A stretch of 64,000 nt of DNA from Syntrophorhabdaceae bacterium (GCA_963665295.1 OY762209.1:4128001-4192000); one strand, 5' to 3'. Counted from the stretch's first letter, positions 51,411 through 62,861 are shown. The notes: generated by a model not told the origin, from the sequence alone. Numbers and translations: made by a program.

Positions 51411-51872
51411 TCACCGGACCTTCCTCCCCTGTTTGATCTGCAGGATGGTAAGGATAATCCCCACAACAGTCATGGCCCCCAGGAGGACAAACCCCGTCTT
51501 CTCCCTTCCCAGATAGGAAACTATATTTAAATATATAACAATACTGAGAAAAGCCACTGTGAAGAGGGTAACGAGGATGGACCATTTTGTGTTTGCACCG
51601 AACAACATGCCCCCGGATTTTGCCCCCTCAAGCGACAGTCTTCCCTCCGGACCACGGACGGCAGCGTCCTCCCTGCCTGGTTTCAACCTCCTTCCTATAA
51701 GGATATAGATGAAGATTCCAAAAGGCGCAAAGAGCACGATCAAAAGCCAGACGACCTTGGCCGTCTTCGTGAAATTGCTTTTGAAAATATCTATGATCGC
51801 CCAGATACAGAGGGCCAGCGAAAGAAGGAAGAAGATGATAAGGGAGGGAGAAAGGTTCTGAGTATTTTCCAT
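51411..51872 (-). CDS. Small membrane protein with PLDc N-terminal-like domain
   Basis: WAIIDI......KVVWLLIVLFAPFG.FIYILIGR plus two further TM segments. Confidence 0.75.
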   Translation of the reverse strand: MENTQNLSPSLIIFFLLSLALCIWAIIDIFKSNFTKTAKVVWLLIVLFAPFGIFIYILIGRRLKPGREDAAVRGPEGRLSLEGAKSGGMLFGANTKWSILVTLFTVAFLSIVIYLNIVSYLGREKTGFVLLGAMTVVGIILTILQIKQGRKVR

Positions 51873-52061
51873 ATCCTATGCAACGTATATGAACCTATCG
51901 CGCACACATGAGTCAAGAAAATTCTTGCACTTCCTGCAAGCGGAGACCCTGAATTCTCCGGATGACCCGGTACCCAGTGTGACCAATATCATATAAACAG
52001 GAGACGCCATGTCATATACTTCTTGGGAATTTGCCGGAATTACCGGAAAGGGCTGGGTATT

Positions 52062-53201
52062 ATGACACTCATATTGTCGGGCGTTCTTATCGCATGTCTG
52101 TTCCTTGCCTTCATGGCGGCTTTAAAAGGGAGAAGTCACCGGGTTACGTCCGGAGGGGGCGTATCCGCCGGTCCGGCCCAGGGTCTCATCAAAGCCTCCT
52201 TCATGCTGAAGAAAGAGCCCGACCCTGCAATGATGGACCCCGAAACGGAAGCCGTCCTGAAGCTCTACCCGGTCCTCAGGAATATTCCTTATTCACCCGT
52301 CGCCGAAGGTAACTGGCCCATGTCACCGGATGCAGTCGACAAGACACTGAAGAAAACAATTCAGGAAAGAATACCCACCCCGGGACCCATCCGGAACAGT
52401 TCCGTCAGGCTCCTCAACCTCCTGAAGGACCCGGAGTCGAATCCCTCGGAGATTACCTCAATTGTCTCGACCAACCCCGTGTTCTCCGCAAAAATACTCC
52501 AATCGGTGAACTCCGCGTTTTTCAGCCTCGACCATAAAATGACATCCGTGGGTCGGGCCATAACACTCCTGGGATACAACAACGTAAGGTCCCTCATATT
52601 GCAGGATGCCATGCAGGGCATGATACCCCGGCGCACCTTCGCCAACCCGGCCGGGTATTACCGGATATGGGTCCACTCGGCAATAGTCTCGGCGTGCGCC
52701 GGTTATCTGGGAAAGAAGATCTTCGGACTCCCGGAGTACGACCTCGCCACCATGGGGCTTCTCCATGACATCGGGAAGTATTTCTTTAATATTCTCGACT
52801 ACGTGCCCGCCTCACACCAGGATCTCCCCGCTATTGTCCAGGAGGAAGAGTCATACGGGGTCAATCACGCGCTGCTGGGATCAATCGCCGCAAAAAACTG
52901 GCAACTCTCCGACCCTATCGCGGACGCCGTTGCATATCATCATCACCCCACGTTTCTCCCGCCCCAAAGCATTCCTGAAGAGTATGCAAAATACAGCTTC
53001 ATCATCTGTCTGTCGGATCTGGTGGGGAAGCTTCTCGATTATGATCAGGAAGAGAAGGAGATTCTCCCTATTCGGGACGAGTATTTCGAAACATGGGGTC
53101 TCAAGAACGACGTGGCCCGGCTAATTACGCCGCTCCTCATCAAGGAAGCTCACAAAGCCCGCTTTATCGTAGAATCTTACGTCAATGTGAAGCCGGTATA
53201 G
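52062..53201 (+). CDS. Membrane-anchored HDOD domain protein
   Basis: N-terminal TM; P.FSAKIL..VNSAFF, AITLLG, WVHS, GLLHDIGK, HALLG, YHHHP. Confidence 0.88.
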   Translation: MTLILSGVLIACLFLAFMAALKGRSHRVTSGGGVSAGPAQGLIKASFMLKKEPDPAMMDPETEAVLKLYPVLRNIPYSPVAEGNWPMSPDAVDKTLKKTIQERIPTPGPIRNSSVRLLNLLKDPESNPSEITSIVSTNPVFSAKILQSVNSAFFSLDHKMTSVGRAITLLGYNNVRSLILQDAMQGMIPRRTFANPAGYYRIWVHSAIVSACAGYLGKKIFGLPEYDLATMGLLHDIGKYFFNILDYVPASHQDLPAIVQEEESYGVNHALLGSIAAKNWQLSDPIADAVAYHHHPTFLPPQSIPEEYAKYSFIICLSDLVGKLLDYDQEEKEILPIRDEYFETWGLKNDVARLITPLLIKEAHKARFIVESYVNVKPV

Positions 53202-53264
53202 GCATTCGTTTTCCTATTTCTCGCCCGTACGGGCTGCCTGCGATCCGGGAACGGGGCCCTGCCC

Positions 53265-55373
53265 CTAATGCCCGGGGCCGTCCTCGGGAATAAAGTCGAG
53301 ATCGGCTATCCATGGCGCCGCTTCACCGTCACTCGGCGCCCGGTAATCACCTCTCGGAGAAAGTGATCCCCCTGACCCCACCTTGGGTGCATTCGCGATA
53401 CAGCTTCGTTTGTACTGGCTGTATTTAAAGAACCGCTCGACGAATACCTTGAGCCAACCCTTGATCTCCCCGATTGTGTACTGATGCCGGTCCGGCTCAG
53501 GGACATCCGGCCAGACTCCCCGCGTGCGATCATGCCATGCAGACCACGCGAGGAACGCCACTTTGGAAGGCAAAAAACCGAAGCGAAGCACGTAGTACAA
53601 ATTGAAATCCTGGAGTTCATAGGGCCCGACGACATGTTCCGAATGTTGGCCGGGCTCGTCATCCGTCGCCCCCGGTACCAGTTCCGGGCTGATGGCGGTG
53701 CAGAGCACATCTTCGAGCACGCGGCTCACCTCCGGTCCGTGCTCCCCTTTCCCCGCAACCCACCGGATCAGATATTGCACAAGGGTCTTGGGAACGCTTG
53801 CGTTCACGTGGTAATGGGCCATATGGTCGCCCACACCGTAAGTGGACCACCCGAGGGCCAGTTCGCTCAAGTCGCTCGTACCCACAACTATACCCTGCTT
53901 CCAGTTGGCCATGCGGAAAAGGTGGCTTGTCCGTTCGCCTGCCTGGACGTTCTCAAAGGTAATATCGTACAGCGGCTCCCCTCGGTTGAAAGGGTGACCT
54001 ATGTCCTCGAACATCTGCATGCAACTCGGCCGGATATCGATCTCACGGGTGGTACACCCCACCGCTGCGGTCAAACGTCTCGCCTGGTCGAGGGTACGGG
54101 CGCTCGTCGCAAATCCCGGCATGATACACGCAAGGATATTGGACCTGGGAAGACCCATCACATCCACGGCGCGGGAGCAGACAATGAGGGCGTGCGTTGA
54201 ATCCAGCCCACCGGAAACCCCTATCACCACGTTCTTTATCCCCGTTGACCGAAGCCGTTTCACCAGCCCCTGCACCTGTATCTCATAGACATCCCGGCAC
54301 CTTTCGTCCTGCCTCGCCGGATCACCGGGAACAAAGGGAAAGCGCTCATAGGTGCGGTCAAGGGGGAGTGCGCCTTCCTCCGGAATATCAATGTCCAGAT
54401 TGACCGTATGGAACCTCTCCAACTCCATGGAGTGGTTCTCGCCGTTCTGGCTGAAGCTGTTCTGGTACATACGGTCCTGGCTTAACCGGTCAAGGTCTAC
54501 ATCGCCTGTGACCAGTTGTGGACCGTAAACAAACCGCTCTGATTCGGCAATGAGGGTTCCGTTCTCGCAGATTATACCCTGACCGTCCCACGCAAGATCC
54601 GTCGTCGATTCACCGAAGCCGGCAGCAGTATACAGGTATGCCGCGACGCAGCGCGCCGACTGGTTCGAGACGAGCTGCCGCCGGTAGTCGTCCTTGGTGA
54701 CCGTCACGTTGGACGCGGAGGGGTTGACAAGTATGGTGGCTCCCGCAAGGGCCGCGTAAGACGAAGGAGGAATCGGCACCCAGAGGTCTTCGCAGATCTC
54801 GACAAAAAACGTAAGGAGGGGCTGATTGTTGACCCTGAACAGGAGCGTGTTGCTGAAGGGGACATCCTGTTGCCCCAGAAGGTCGACTCTGTCCCGCAGG
54901 GCCCGGTCGCCGGGCGCAAACTGACGCAGTTCATAATACTCCCGGTAATTGGGCAGGTAAGTCTTGGGGATTATGCCATGGATGGTCCCCCGGGAGACAA
55001 CGGCTGCGCAGTTGAAAAGCATGCCGTCAACTTGAAGCGGCAAACCCACCACGGCGATCACGGGGAGGTCGCGGGAGGCGGCGACTACCTCCGAGAGCGC
55101 ATCGAGACATCCGCGAAGCAAGGCCTGTTGATGAAAAAGGTCCTCGCACGTATACGCGGAAAGTCCCAGTTCCGGAAATACCACCAGCAGCGCCTTCTTC
55201 TCCGCCCCTTGCCGCATCAACGATATAGTCTGTCCTCCATTGAAGGACGGGTCCGCCACCCTGACCTCCGGTATGGCCATGGCGAGACGGACAAAGTTGT
55301 GCCGGTAAAGGTTAAAAAACCGGCGGTCGCGGTCTATTCTTTCAGAGTTCTTGTCCAAAACCTTGTTCCTCAT
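53265..55373 (-). CDS. nadE: Glutamine-dependent NAD+ synthetase
   Basis: Nitrilase domain (FPEL, PKTYLPNY, EICEDLW), GVSGGLDST, ENVQAG, KVGSGGSLSPRGD. Confidence 0.96.
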   Translation of the reverse strand: MRNKVLDKNSERIDRDRRFFNLYRHNFVRLAMAIPEVRVADPSFNGGQTISLMRQGAEKKALLVVFPELGLSAYTCEDLFHQQALLRGCLDALSEVVAASRDLPVIAVVGLPLQVDGMLFNCAAVVSRGTIHGIIPKTYLPNYREYYELRQFAPGDRALRDRVDLLGQQDVPFSNTLLFRVNNQPLLTFFVEICEDLWVPIPPSSYAALAGATILVNPSASNVTVTKDDYRRQLVSNQSARCVAAYLYTAAGFGESTTDLAWDGQGIICENGTLIAESERFVYGPQLVTGDVDLDRLSQDRMYQNSFSQNGENHSMELERFHTVNLDIDIPEEGALPLDRTYERFPFVPGDPARQDERCRDVYEIQVQGLVKRLRSTGIKNVVIGVSGGLDSTHALIVCSRAVDVMGLPRSNILACIMPGFATSARTLDQARRLTAAVGCTTREIDIRPSCMQMFEDIGHPFNRGEPLYDITFENVQAGERTSHLFRMANWKQGIVVGTSDLSELALGWSTYGVGDHMAHYHVNASVPKTLVQYLIRWVAGKGEHGPEVSRVLEDVLCTAISPELVPGATDDEPGQHSEHVVGPYELQDFNLYYVLRFGFLPSKVAFLAWSAWHDRTRGVWPDVPEPDRHQYTIGEIKGWLKVFVERFFKYSQYKRSCIANAPKVGSGGSLSPRGDYRAPSDGEAAPWIADLDFIPEDGPGH

Positions 55374-55389
55374 CCGCGGATGCGGTGGG

Positions 55390-57048
55390 TCACTTGAAAA
55401 CCGCCCCGGTGGAAGCGCTCGTCACAAGTTCGGCGTAGCGCGCCATATAACCTGTCTTTATCTTCGGCTCGGGTTTCTTCCACGCCTTCTTCCGACGATC
55501 CATTTCTTTCTTCGCCACGCGAAGGTCTATGCTTTTCTCGATAAGATCTATCTCGATCACGTCCCCATCATTCACAAAAGCTATGGGGCCTCCCTCTGCC
55601 GCTTCCGGCGAGACGTGGCCTATGCAAAGCCCGCGAGTCCCGCCTGAAAACCTTCCGTCCGTAATTAACGCACATTCCGCATCAAGTCCTCTCCCTGCAA
55701 GCACACTCGTGGGAGTAAGCATTTCTCTCATGCCCGGCCCGCCCTTAGGGCCTTCATACCTTATGATCAGCACATCGCCGGGATTGATCTTTCCCTCCAT
55801 GATGGCGGCTCCCGCTTCTTCCTCGCTTTCAAACACCCTGGCATTCCCCACGAAGTGCCACACGCTTTCCTGTACTCCGATCCGTTTCACAATCGCGCCG
55901 TCAGGGGCAAGACTCCCGCTCAACACCGCAAGTCCGCCTTTTTCGTGATACGCCTTATTGAGAGGACGAATGACCTCAGGGTCTTCCACTACAGCCTCCT
56001 TGAGGAGATCGCCCACATTCTTGCCTGCCACGGTCATGCATTTCTTGTCGATAAGCTTCTTTTTCGAAAGCTCTTTCATAATACCATACACACCGCCGGC
56101 CTCGAACAGATCCTCGAGGTGGTGGGGACCCGCGGGGCTCATGTTGCACAGGTGCGGCACCTTCTCTGAGATCCCGTCAAAAACCGACAGGGGCAGGCTC
56201 AGTCCCGCCTCGTGGGCCACCGCGGGGAGATGAAGGGCCGTATTGGATGAACCGCCGAATGCCATGTCCACTGTTATGGCGTTCGTGAAAGCACTCATGG
56301 TGACAATATCTCTCGGTTTCAAATCCTCTTTTATGAGACCGACGATTCTTTTTCCCGTGGCTTTCGCAAGCCTTATCCTGTCCGCATGGACCGCGGGTAT
56401 GGTCCCGTTGCCGGGCAGGGCAAACCCGAGGGCTTCGGAGAGACAGTTCATGGAGTTTGCGGTAAACATACCCGCACACGAACCGGGCCCGGGACAGGCG
56501 CATTGCTCGAGCACGGCGAGGGCTTCCTCGGTCATAAGGCCTCCCGCCACTTTTCCCACGCCCTCAAAAACCGAAATGAGATCCACGGGTTTACCTTTGA
56601 ACCTGCCCGCGAGCATAGGTCCTCCGCTCACCATAATAGCAGGGATATTGAGCCGCATGGCGGCCATCATCATCCCGGGGATAATCTTGTCGCAGTTCGG
56701 TATAAGAACGAGGCCGTCAAAAGGGTATGCCTTCGCCATAACCTCCACGGAATCACAGATGAGTTCTCTTGAACCGAGAGAGTATTTCATACCCTGGTGG
56801 TTCATGGCAATGCCGTCACAGATCCCTATGGTGGAAAACTCCATGGGAGTCCCGCCTGCCATCCTGATGCCATCCTTTACCGCCTGACATATACGGTCGA
56901 GGTGAATGTGCCCCGGTATAAGCTCGTTTGCTGAGTTTGCAATTCCTATTATCGGCCTTTCCAACTCCTCGGGCAGGCAACCCATAGCACTGAAAAGAGC
57001 CCTGTGCGGGGCTTTTTCAAGACCTTTTTTCATTTTGTCCGATCTCAT
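55390..57048 (-). CDS. ilvD: Dihydroxy-acid dehydratase
   Basis: [47 protein letters not shown]; start MRSDKM after AGGAGGAG. Confidence 0.96.
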   Translation of the reverse strand: MRSDKMKKGLEKAPHRALFSAMGCLPEELERPIIGIANSANELIPGHIHLDRICQAVKDGIRMAGGTPMEFSTIGICDGIAMNHQGMKYSLGSRELICDSVEVMAKAYPFDGLVLIPNCDKIIPGMMMAAMRLNIPAIMVSGGPMLAGRFKGKPVDLISVFEGVGKVAGGLMTEEALAVLEQCACPGPGSCAGMFTANSMNCLSEALGFALPGNGTIPAVHADRIRLAKATGKRIVGLIKEDLKPRDIVTMSAFTNAITVDMAFGGSSNTALHLPAVAHEAGLSLPLSVFDGISEKVPHLCNMSPAGPHHLEDLFEAGGVYGIMKELSKKKLIDKKCMTVAGKNVGDLLKEAVVEDPEVIRPLNKAYHEKGGLAVLSGSLAPDGAIVKRIGVQESVWHFVGNARVFESEEEAGAAIMEGKINPGDVLIIRYEGPKGGPGMREMLTPTSVLAGRGLDAECALITDGRFSGGTRGLCIGHVSPEAAEGGPIAFVNDGDVIEIDLIEKSIDLRVAKKEMDRRKKAWKKPEPKIKTGYMARYAELVTSASTGAVFK

Positions 57049-57275
57049 TTTTGTCTCCTCCTGGTGTTCATGGACCACCTTTCCTCCCATGGCCGGCATG
57101 ATTCGAAAAAAACTGTCATTAAGGTAGAAGATTATTATAGAAGTCCCCATATTTCAACAAAATATTGTTGCCCCGTTGATTTCCAGGCGGTTTTATTCTA
57201 TTAATATACAAACCGGAGCGGCATGGACGCTTCCATGAGCGTGCCGGAAAAAGAAAAAGAGAGAGGACGTCTTCA

Positions 57276-57938
57276 GTGCGGGAATCCATCAGGCAGTTTG
57301 CAGAGATCGTATCACGAACTCTGCCCATAGAAGAACCCATCTTTGAGTTCGGCGCGCTCCAGTTGCCGGGCCTCGAAGGTGTCGCCGATTTGAGGCCTTT
57401 GTTCCCCGGCAAGGAATACGTGGGGTGCGACATGCGCGAAGGCACGGGAGTCGACCGGGTCCTCAACCTCCACAGCATCGATCAGGCGTCTGATTCAGTC
57501 GGGACGGTGATCAGCCTCGACACTCTGGAACACGTTGAATTTCCTCACAAGGCCCTTCAGGAAATCCACAGGATACTCAAACCTGACGGCATAGTGGTCA
57601 TAAGTTCGGTCCTTCATTTCCGCATTCATGCCACGCCCTACGATTACTGGCGCTTTACCCCCCACGGTTTTGCAAGCCTCCTCTCTCCGTTTGCATCCTC
57701 CTTTGTCGGATTTGCGGGATTGGAGAGATTCCCCCATACCATCGTAGGCATCGGCTTCAAAGGCCAACCCTACCCCCTTGACGACTTCAGGAAGGAATTC
57801 GAGCAGTGGAAGATTCGTTGGAGAAAACCAAAAGGAGACTCGTGGAAAGATGTGGCGAACCAGTTCGTTCCCCCTATCCTTCTGGGGCTCGACAGGAAGT
57901 TGCTGCGCCTTTTGGGAAAGGCCAAGCGTCACACATAG
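57276..57938 (+). CDS. Class I SAM-dependent methyltransferase
   Basis: EFGA, YVGCD, DTLEHV, EIHRILKPDG, PYDYWRFTP. Confidence 0.85.
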   Translation: MRESIRQFAEIVSRTLPIEEPIFEFGALQLPGLEGVADLRPLFPGKEYVGCDMREGTGVDRVLNLHSIDQASDSVGTVISLDTLEHVEFPHKALQEIHRILKPDGIVVISSVLHFRIHATPYDYWRFTPHGFASLLSPFASSFVGFAGLERFPHTIVGIGFKGQPYPLDDFRKEFEQWKIRWRKPKGDSWKDVANQFVPPILLGLDRKLLRLLGKAKRHT

Positions 57939-58039
57939 GCCCTAAGCCCGCTTTTTCCCTCCAAAAGCTTCACATTTTCCGGACACCGGTTCGTTCCTCC
58001 GGCACCGGTCTTCGATGGCCGACACCACACTATTGCACA

Positions 58040-58423
58040 TTACACTGTGGTCTCGAAAGTATATGTAACCGGTTCATCGTGGGGCTCTTCTCCCGCGTCA
58101 GAGGGTCCGGATGAAAAGCACCCGTAACCTTTTACGCCCGGCGCTCGCTGAGGTGGCTCCGACAGTCCTTGCGGCTGACCGGCGCTGGAAAGGTTCGCCA
58201 GGAGACTGCCCGCTTCATACACCACGGAACCCGCAGCCGTAATGGCCATGCTCGCTCCGAAGGTTGCGGGACGAAGAGAACTGTTCCCATCCGCGGGTTT
58301 GACCTTCTCTTGCCTGTCTGTCCCCGTATCCCCGGTTCCAAAGGAAGAGAGCTGAGCGTGAACCTGCGCCGACACACCGTTCACCATGCCTGCGTAATAC
58401 GAACCGACGCCTTTGATCACCAT
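58040..58423 (-). CDS. Hypothetical protein
   Basis: 127-aa ORF filling the gap, start 10 nt after the GNAT stop; no recognisable motif. Confidence 0.45.
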   Translation of the reverse strand: MVIKGVGSYYAGMVNGVSAQVHAQLSSFGTGDTGTDRQEKVKPADGNSSLRPATFGASMAITAAGSVVYEAGSLLANLSSAGQPQGLSEPPQRAPGVKGYGCFSSGPSDAGEEPHDEPVTYTFETTV

Positions 58424-58432
58424 GCAGTTATC

Positions 58433-58963
58433 TTATCCTCCATCAAATTCCCTCGGATACCTGACGGTGCCCCCTGCGTCCGCAAGGGCTCCCTTCTTCA
58501 ATTCCAGAGCCATAAAGACACCCCTCGCAGCCCTGAAAGGCGGTCTGATGTTCCAGGCACCCGCAGGCTTGAACCCGAACCGCGCGTAATACTCGGGGCT
58601 GCCGAATACCATCACCGACCCATGCCCGAGTTGCCTTGCCGTATCGAGCCCTTCCCGTACGAGCTCACTTCCCACGCCTCTTTTCTGATAGCCGGGAAGG
58701 ACCGCAAGAGGAGCAAGTTCGAGGGTCTGGCAACTCACTTTTTCACCTTTTATAAGGATTGGATAAAACAGTATATGGCCGACAATACTACCTGCGTAGA
58801 CTTCCGCCACAAGGGAAAGATCGCGGCTGAAACGTTTTGTCTCTCTCAGCAGCCACACAAGCCTGCCCTCATTCGATTCCCTGAAGGCCGAATCGTGGAC
58901 CAGGGTTATACGCCAGCAATCGGTTTCGGTCTCCGGTCTTACTTTCACCCATACCCTGTTCAA
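58433..58963 (-). CDS. GNAT N-acetyltransferase (YhbS-like)
   Basis: VRPET, IVGHILF, LAPLAVLPGYQKRGVG, G.PEYYARFGF. Confidence 0.9.
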   Translation of the reverse strand: MNRVWVKVRPETETDCWRITLVHDSAFRESNEGRLVWLLRETKRFSRDLSLVAEVYAGSIVGHILFYPILIKGEKVSCQTLELAPLAVLPGYQKRGVGSELVREGLDTARQLGHGSVMVFGSPEYYARFGFKPAGAWNIRPPFRAARGVFMALELKKGALADAGGTVRYPREFDGG

Positions 58964-59144
58964 GAATCGCTCCTTGCTCAGTTCTTTCTGCTCCTGACAG
59001 TGGTCCCGTGCTCAATCCTGCCCAGAAGATGCTACCACCCTGTGCCACATGTGTCAAACCTTTTGTTTCCGTTCCGCCGCACCCGGCTCCGCTCGTGGCC
59101 CGCCCTGGAGCAGGCGGATACCAGTCGCTCCAACAGATCCGCAT

Positions 59145-60566
59145 CTAACGCCCCGTCAGCCTTTCTTCCCGGCCCACAAAACGGACTTTCAGCCTCAAGA
59201 GCCAGTATGACGGACTCCGCACCGCGCGCCACGCAAGGCGGACTCGCTCAAGGCGCTCGTCTGTAAGGCCCCTTTCCCCGTAAACCTCCCCATTGTACGC
59301 ATGGACAATCAGGTTGATTTCCGGAGTCAACTGTGGAAAATAGCGGTGAAGCCGGGTCCCGAATTCCAACGGGGTCTCACTCGCCGCAGGCGAAAGGCCG
59401 CTCCGCCCGCCCCATCTGAGAAGGGCGCCGTAAACCTCCGTTGCCCGGCGCTGCCTCCGGGCAAGCCGCCTGAGCACGTTCATGAGCCGCGTAACGAACT
59501 CCCGGACCCGCCTGAGCCACGCGAAAAGCCCGCCCCCTTCTCCCGCCGTCCCCCGGTCAAGGGCGGTCCTCGAAAAGAACCAACGGACGAGAAAGAAGAC
59601 CCCAAGGCCCACAACGGCCACGGACAAGGCGACAAAAAGACCCCACAGTCCAATCCCCAGCGTCCTGTCAAGAAATTGAATCCACCAACTGTCTTTCGCC
59701 CATGTGTAGGCGTCGAAGGCTCCCGTTTTTCGCGAGATAGCCGGTTCAGCCCGCATGCTGTCGGCACGGGAAAAGATGATACGGAGAACACGCTCGATTA
59801 TAGGGAATGACGAACTGAACGCCGTTTTGATCGCACCCTGGGTCGCGCGGGCCGCAGTGCTCAGACCGGATACGAAAAGAACGGTAAGTCCCGCAATCAG
59901 GAGAAGGGCGCTGGACGCAAAGCCCAGCACAACACCTGTCGCGCGGTAGCCCGGAAGGAAACTCTTGAAACCGTCTCCCCGAACCCTCGCCATGCCCACG
60001 GCAAAAAGACTGAAAAAGAAAAACGGAAGGATCAAAAGTTGAGGAAGGGGATCGTCTATTCTCGTTCCTCCTTTGACAAGCACCGCCAGCCTGATCAGAA
60101 AAAGGCAGAAGAATGCCCCCAGACCGATGTCAAAGCGGGAACAAAAAGCATAGTACGTGACCTGACGTCTCGACAGGGTCGCACCCCCAACCCAGAAGAG
60201 AAAGGTCCACAAGACCGTCAGGATCAGTCCCAGCCATTCAAAGGGACTGTGAGCGCCATTTGCCAGTATACCGGGCCACACCATGCCAAATAGGGGATAG
60301 CCGGAGAAATGCGTTCCATGGATGCTTACCGACAGGGCACACGCGAATCCCACGGCCTCTAATCCAAAGATCGCCGCGATTCGCCAACCCCTGCCCGTAG
60401 CGAGGCGGGTAATCCACGCCCCGAGAACAAATGCCATCGCTGCCTCGAGAAGTGGAAAGGGCCTGCCGAAAATGGCGGAGAAACAGAACGTGGCCCACCC
60501 GTAAAGCCAGCACATTTCCATACAAGCGCCTGCAACAACCAACATCACGTTTCCGTGTCTCTTCAT
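59145..60566 (-). CDS. Multi-TM protein with C-terminal DUF4129-like domain
   Basis: Many TM helices; C-terminal Y..LLRW...GL.....ETPLEF.....Y...YG. Confidence 0.8.
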   Translation of the reverse strand: MKRHGNVMLVVAGACMEMCWLYGWATFCFSAIFGRPFPLLEAAMAFVLGAWITRLATGRGWRIAAIFGLEAVGFACALSVSIHGTHFSGYPLFGMVWPGILANGAHSPFEWLGLILTVLWTFLFWVGGATLSRRQVTYYAFCSRFDIGLGAFFCLFLIRLAVLVKGGTRIDDPLPQLLILPFFFFSLFAVGMARVRGDGFKSFLPGYRATGVVLGFASSALLLIAGLTVLFVSGLSTAARATQGAIKTAFSSSFPIIERVLRIIFSRADSMRAEPAISRKTGAFDAYTWAKDSWWIQFLDRTLGIGLWGLFVALSVAVVGLGVFFLVRWFFSRTALDRGTAGEGGGLFAWLRRVREFVTRLMNVLRRLARRQRRATEVYGALLRWGGRSGLSPAASETPLEFGTRLHRYFPQLTPEINLIVHAYNGEVYGERGLTDERLERVRLAWRAVRSPSYWLLRLKVRFVGREERLTGR

Positions 60567-61765
60567 GAAGCCCGGGCCATCGGTTCCTGAGTCTCATCAA
60601 GACCGTTGCAATTGAGAGAACTTCCTACTCCGGCTTTCATCAAGGCGGCAAGGTCGTTGAGCATCAGGAACTCAACAGGCATTCCCCGTTCCTTGAACCG
60701 CCTTCGCGCCAGACGGGTCGCTTCCGTTTCTTCGTATCCGAAGTAGGCGCAGCTTACGCCCCATGGAAGCGTCAGGCCCCGGCCCAGGACGTCCGCGATC
60801 CGCCCTTGCGGCGTCGCGCCCAGCCTCGCCAGCGCCTCCAGGAGAGCGGGCAATTGCCCTCCGCTCCTCGTCACACGCAGGAAAGGTGAGCCCTTCCCCG
60901 TCATTATTCCGTTTGTGAGTAAACCCACCGCCCTGCCCCTCCGGTCCAATTGCACCGCCACGGACGCAACAACCTCCAGCATGTGCTCGAAAGGTTCGTG
61001 TGCCCGCTCCCCGGTAAACTCCTCTACATCGACAACAAGGAGCACTTTCTCCTGCCCCGACGGTTCAAAGACCTTCTCCTGCAAACGATGGTGACGGGCG
61101 CTCGCCTTCCAGTGGATATGCTTTGCGGGCCGTCCCTGGTGATAATCCGTGGTGCCTAGAATATATACGGGGTCTTTCACAGGACTTTCCGAACCTGCGA
61201 TTCCGAAAAAATCACGCCTCGGGAGCGAAAAGGGGCCGATGGGCACCAGTCTCGGATACACTATCACCTGGAGGGGCCCGTCCGGCTTCCTCTCTCTCGG
61301 GAAGAAACCGAAAAGATCACTGGATGCTACACGTAGGGGACCGATCTCGTGGACCCCCCTCGACCCTGCAAGGATGTTCCACCGGAGACTGGTTTCCTGA
61401 TACCAAAGGAGACCGCTCCCTGCAGTGAGAAGTGTCTCGCCCGAGGGGACACCCTTCACGCCGTGGAGGTGAACATCGATCTCAAGCCATACGGGGAGCG
61501 CCTTCCGGTTATCCACCCGTGCTTCAAGGGTAAGTCTCTCGCCTGCAAACACCCTCGTTTTGTCGAGAAAGGACGCACAGTTTACACGGAAGAGGCTGAG
61601 AGAGGCCCACAACCGCAGGCTTCCCATAACCCCCAGGACAAGAAGGGAAAGGAGCACAAGATCGGTCTGCCGGTAGGCCAGCGCGAGAAAGAGACAGAGG
61701 CCGGCGAACAACAGGAGGGGGACGGTTGCAAAAAGGCTTGATATCCGGCGGGTCCCAAAGTCCAT
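60563..61765 (-). CDS. DUF58 domain protein
   Basis: RG...GP.....DLFGFF, VIVYP, DY..G.P.KHIHWKASAR; follows moxR. Confidence 0.88.
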   Translation of the reverse strand: MDFGTRRISSLFATVPLLLFAGLCLFLALAYRQTDLVLLSLLVLGVMGSLRLWASLSLFRVNCASFLDKTRVFAGERLTLEARVDNRKALPVWLEIDVHLHGVKGVPSGETLLTAGSGLLWYQETSLRWNILAGSRGVHEIGPLRVASSDLFGFFPRERKPDGPLQVIVYPRLVPIGPFSLPRRDFFGIAGSESPVKDPVYILGTTDYHQGRPAKHIHWKASARHHRLQEKVFEPSGQEKVLLVVDVEEFTGERAHEPFEHMLEVVASVAVQLDRRGRAVGLLTNGIMTGKGSPFLRVTRSGGQLPALLEALARLGATPQGRIADVLGRGLTLPWGVSCAYFGYEETEATRLARRRFKERGMPVEFLMLNDLAALMKAGVGSSLNCNGLDETQEPMARAS

Positions 61766-61773
61766 TTAAACCT

Positions 61774-62736
61774 TCACTCAGCCGGCGCGGGAACAGGAAC
61801 CCGACTTACTATCCCCTTGACCACCTGTTCCTGGGTCTCCCCCTGCAATCGCTCTTCTTCCTTCAGGATCAGCCTGTGGGAGAGAACACTTGTCGCGAGT
61901 AACTTAACGTCGTCGGGAAGTACGTATTCCCTGCCCCGAAGGGCTGCGAGGGCCTGACTCGCCCGCATAAGGCCAAGCGAACCCCGAGGGCTTGCCCCGA
62001 GGCGCACCGATGGGTGCTCGCGGGTTTCGCGGACAAGGCTCGTAATATACTCTTTCACATGCGACGAAACCCGTATACTCTTCCGCTCCTGCTGCATTCG
62101 GGAGATAAGATCGGGCGAAGCCACGGCGGCAATCTCCCGCAAGGGTTCCCTTTCCTGGAAGCGCTCCAGAATGGCAATCTCCTCGTCCCGGTCGGGGTAT
62201 CCGAGGCTGATTCTGAGGAGGAACCTGTCAAGCTGGGCCTCAGGCAAGGGGAAAGTCCCCTCGAGTTCGATGGGGTTCTGGGTCGCCACCACGAAGAACG
62301 GGTGGGGCAGCGGGTGCGTCTTCCCATCCACAGTGACCTGCCGCTCTTCCATGCTTTCCAGAAGGCTCGCCTGGGTCCGGGGGATTGTGCGGTTAATCTC
62401 ATCTGCGAGAAGGACATGGGTCATGACCGGCCCGGGTTGAAAAGTAAACCGGCCCGTCTGAGGGCTGTAGATATTGAAACCTGTAATATCCGCGGGCAAA
62501 AGGTCGGGCGTGAATTGAACACGTTTAAAGGAAGCTCCGATACTCGCCGCAAGGGACCTCGCAAGGAGCGTCTTCCCGAGTCCGGGCACATCTTCCAGAA
62601 GGACATGGCCGTCAGCCAGAAGGCCGACTACCAGCAGTTCCACCGATTCATGTTTTCCTACTATCACACGGGAGATATTTTCTATGATATCAGCGCATAG
62701 GTTGAATTGCACCTGAGACCTCCGACAGCCCACCAT
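61774..62736 (-). CDS. moxR: MoxR family AAA+ ATPase
   Basis: GHVLLEDVPGLGKT, RVQFTPDLLPAD, DEINR, ATQNPIE.EGTFPLPEAQLDRF, GASPR. Confidence 0.95.
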   Translation of the reverse strand: MVGCRRSQVQFNLCADIIENISRVIVGKHESVELLVVGLLADGHVLLEDVPGLGKTLLARSLAASIGASFKRVQFTPDLLPADITGFNIYSPQTGRFTFQPGPVMTHVLLADEINRTIPRTQASLLESMEERQVTVDGKTHPLPHPFFVVATQNPIELEGTFPLPEAQLDRFLLRISLGYPDRDEEIAILERFQEREPLREIAAVASPDLISRMQQERKSIRVSSHVKEYITSLVRETREHPSVRLGASPRGSLGLMRASQALAALRGREYVLPDDVKLLATSVLSHRLILKEEERLQGETQEQVVKGIVSRVPVPAPAE

Positions 62737-62861
62737 CTCTCCGAGCCCCCCTTCTTGAAAGGGATGAGAGCGTTTGCCCTATTAATAACATGCCCGCCTA
62801 CGGCCTGTAAAGCGATTCCTCCCCTCACAACGGGAAGTCGCACCTAAACCCGAAGGCAGCG

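Noticed and set aside
58169..59266. 365-aa plus-strand ORF
   Set aside because: Antisense to the GNAT gene and neighbours; no motifs.
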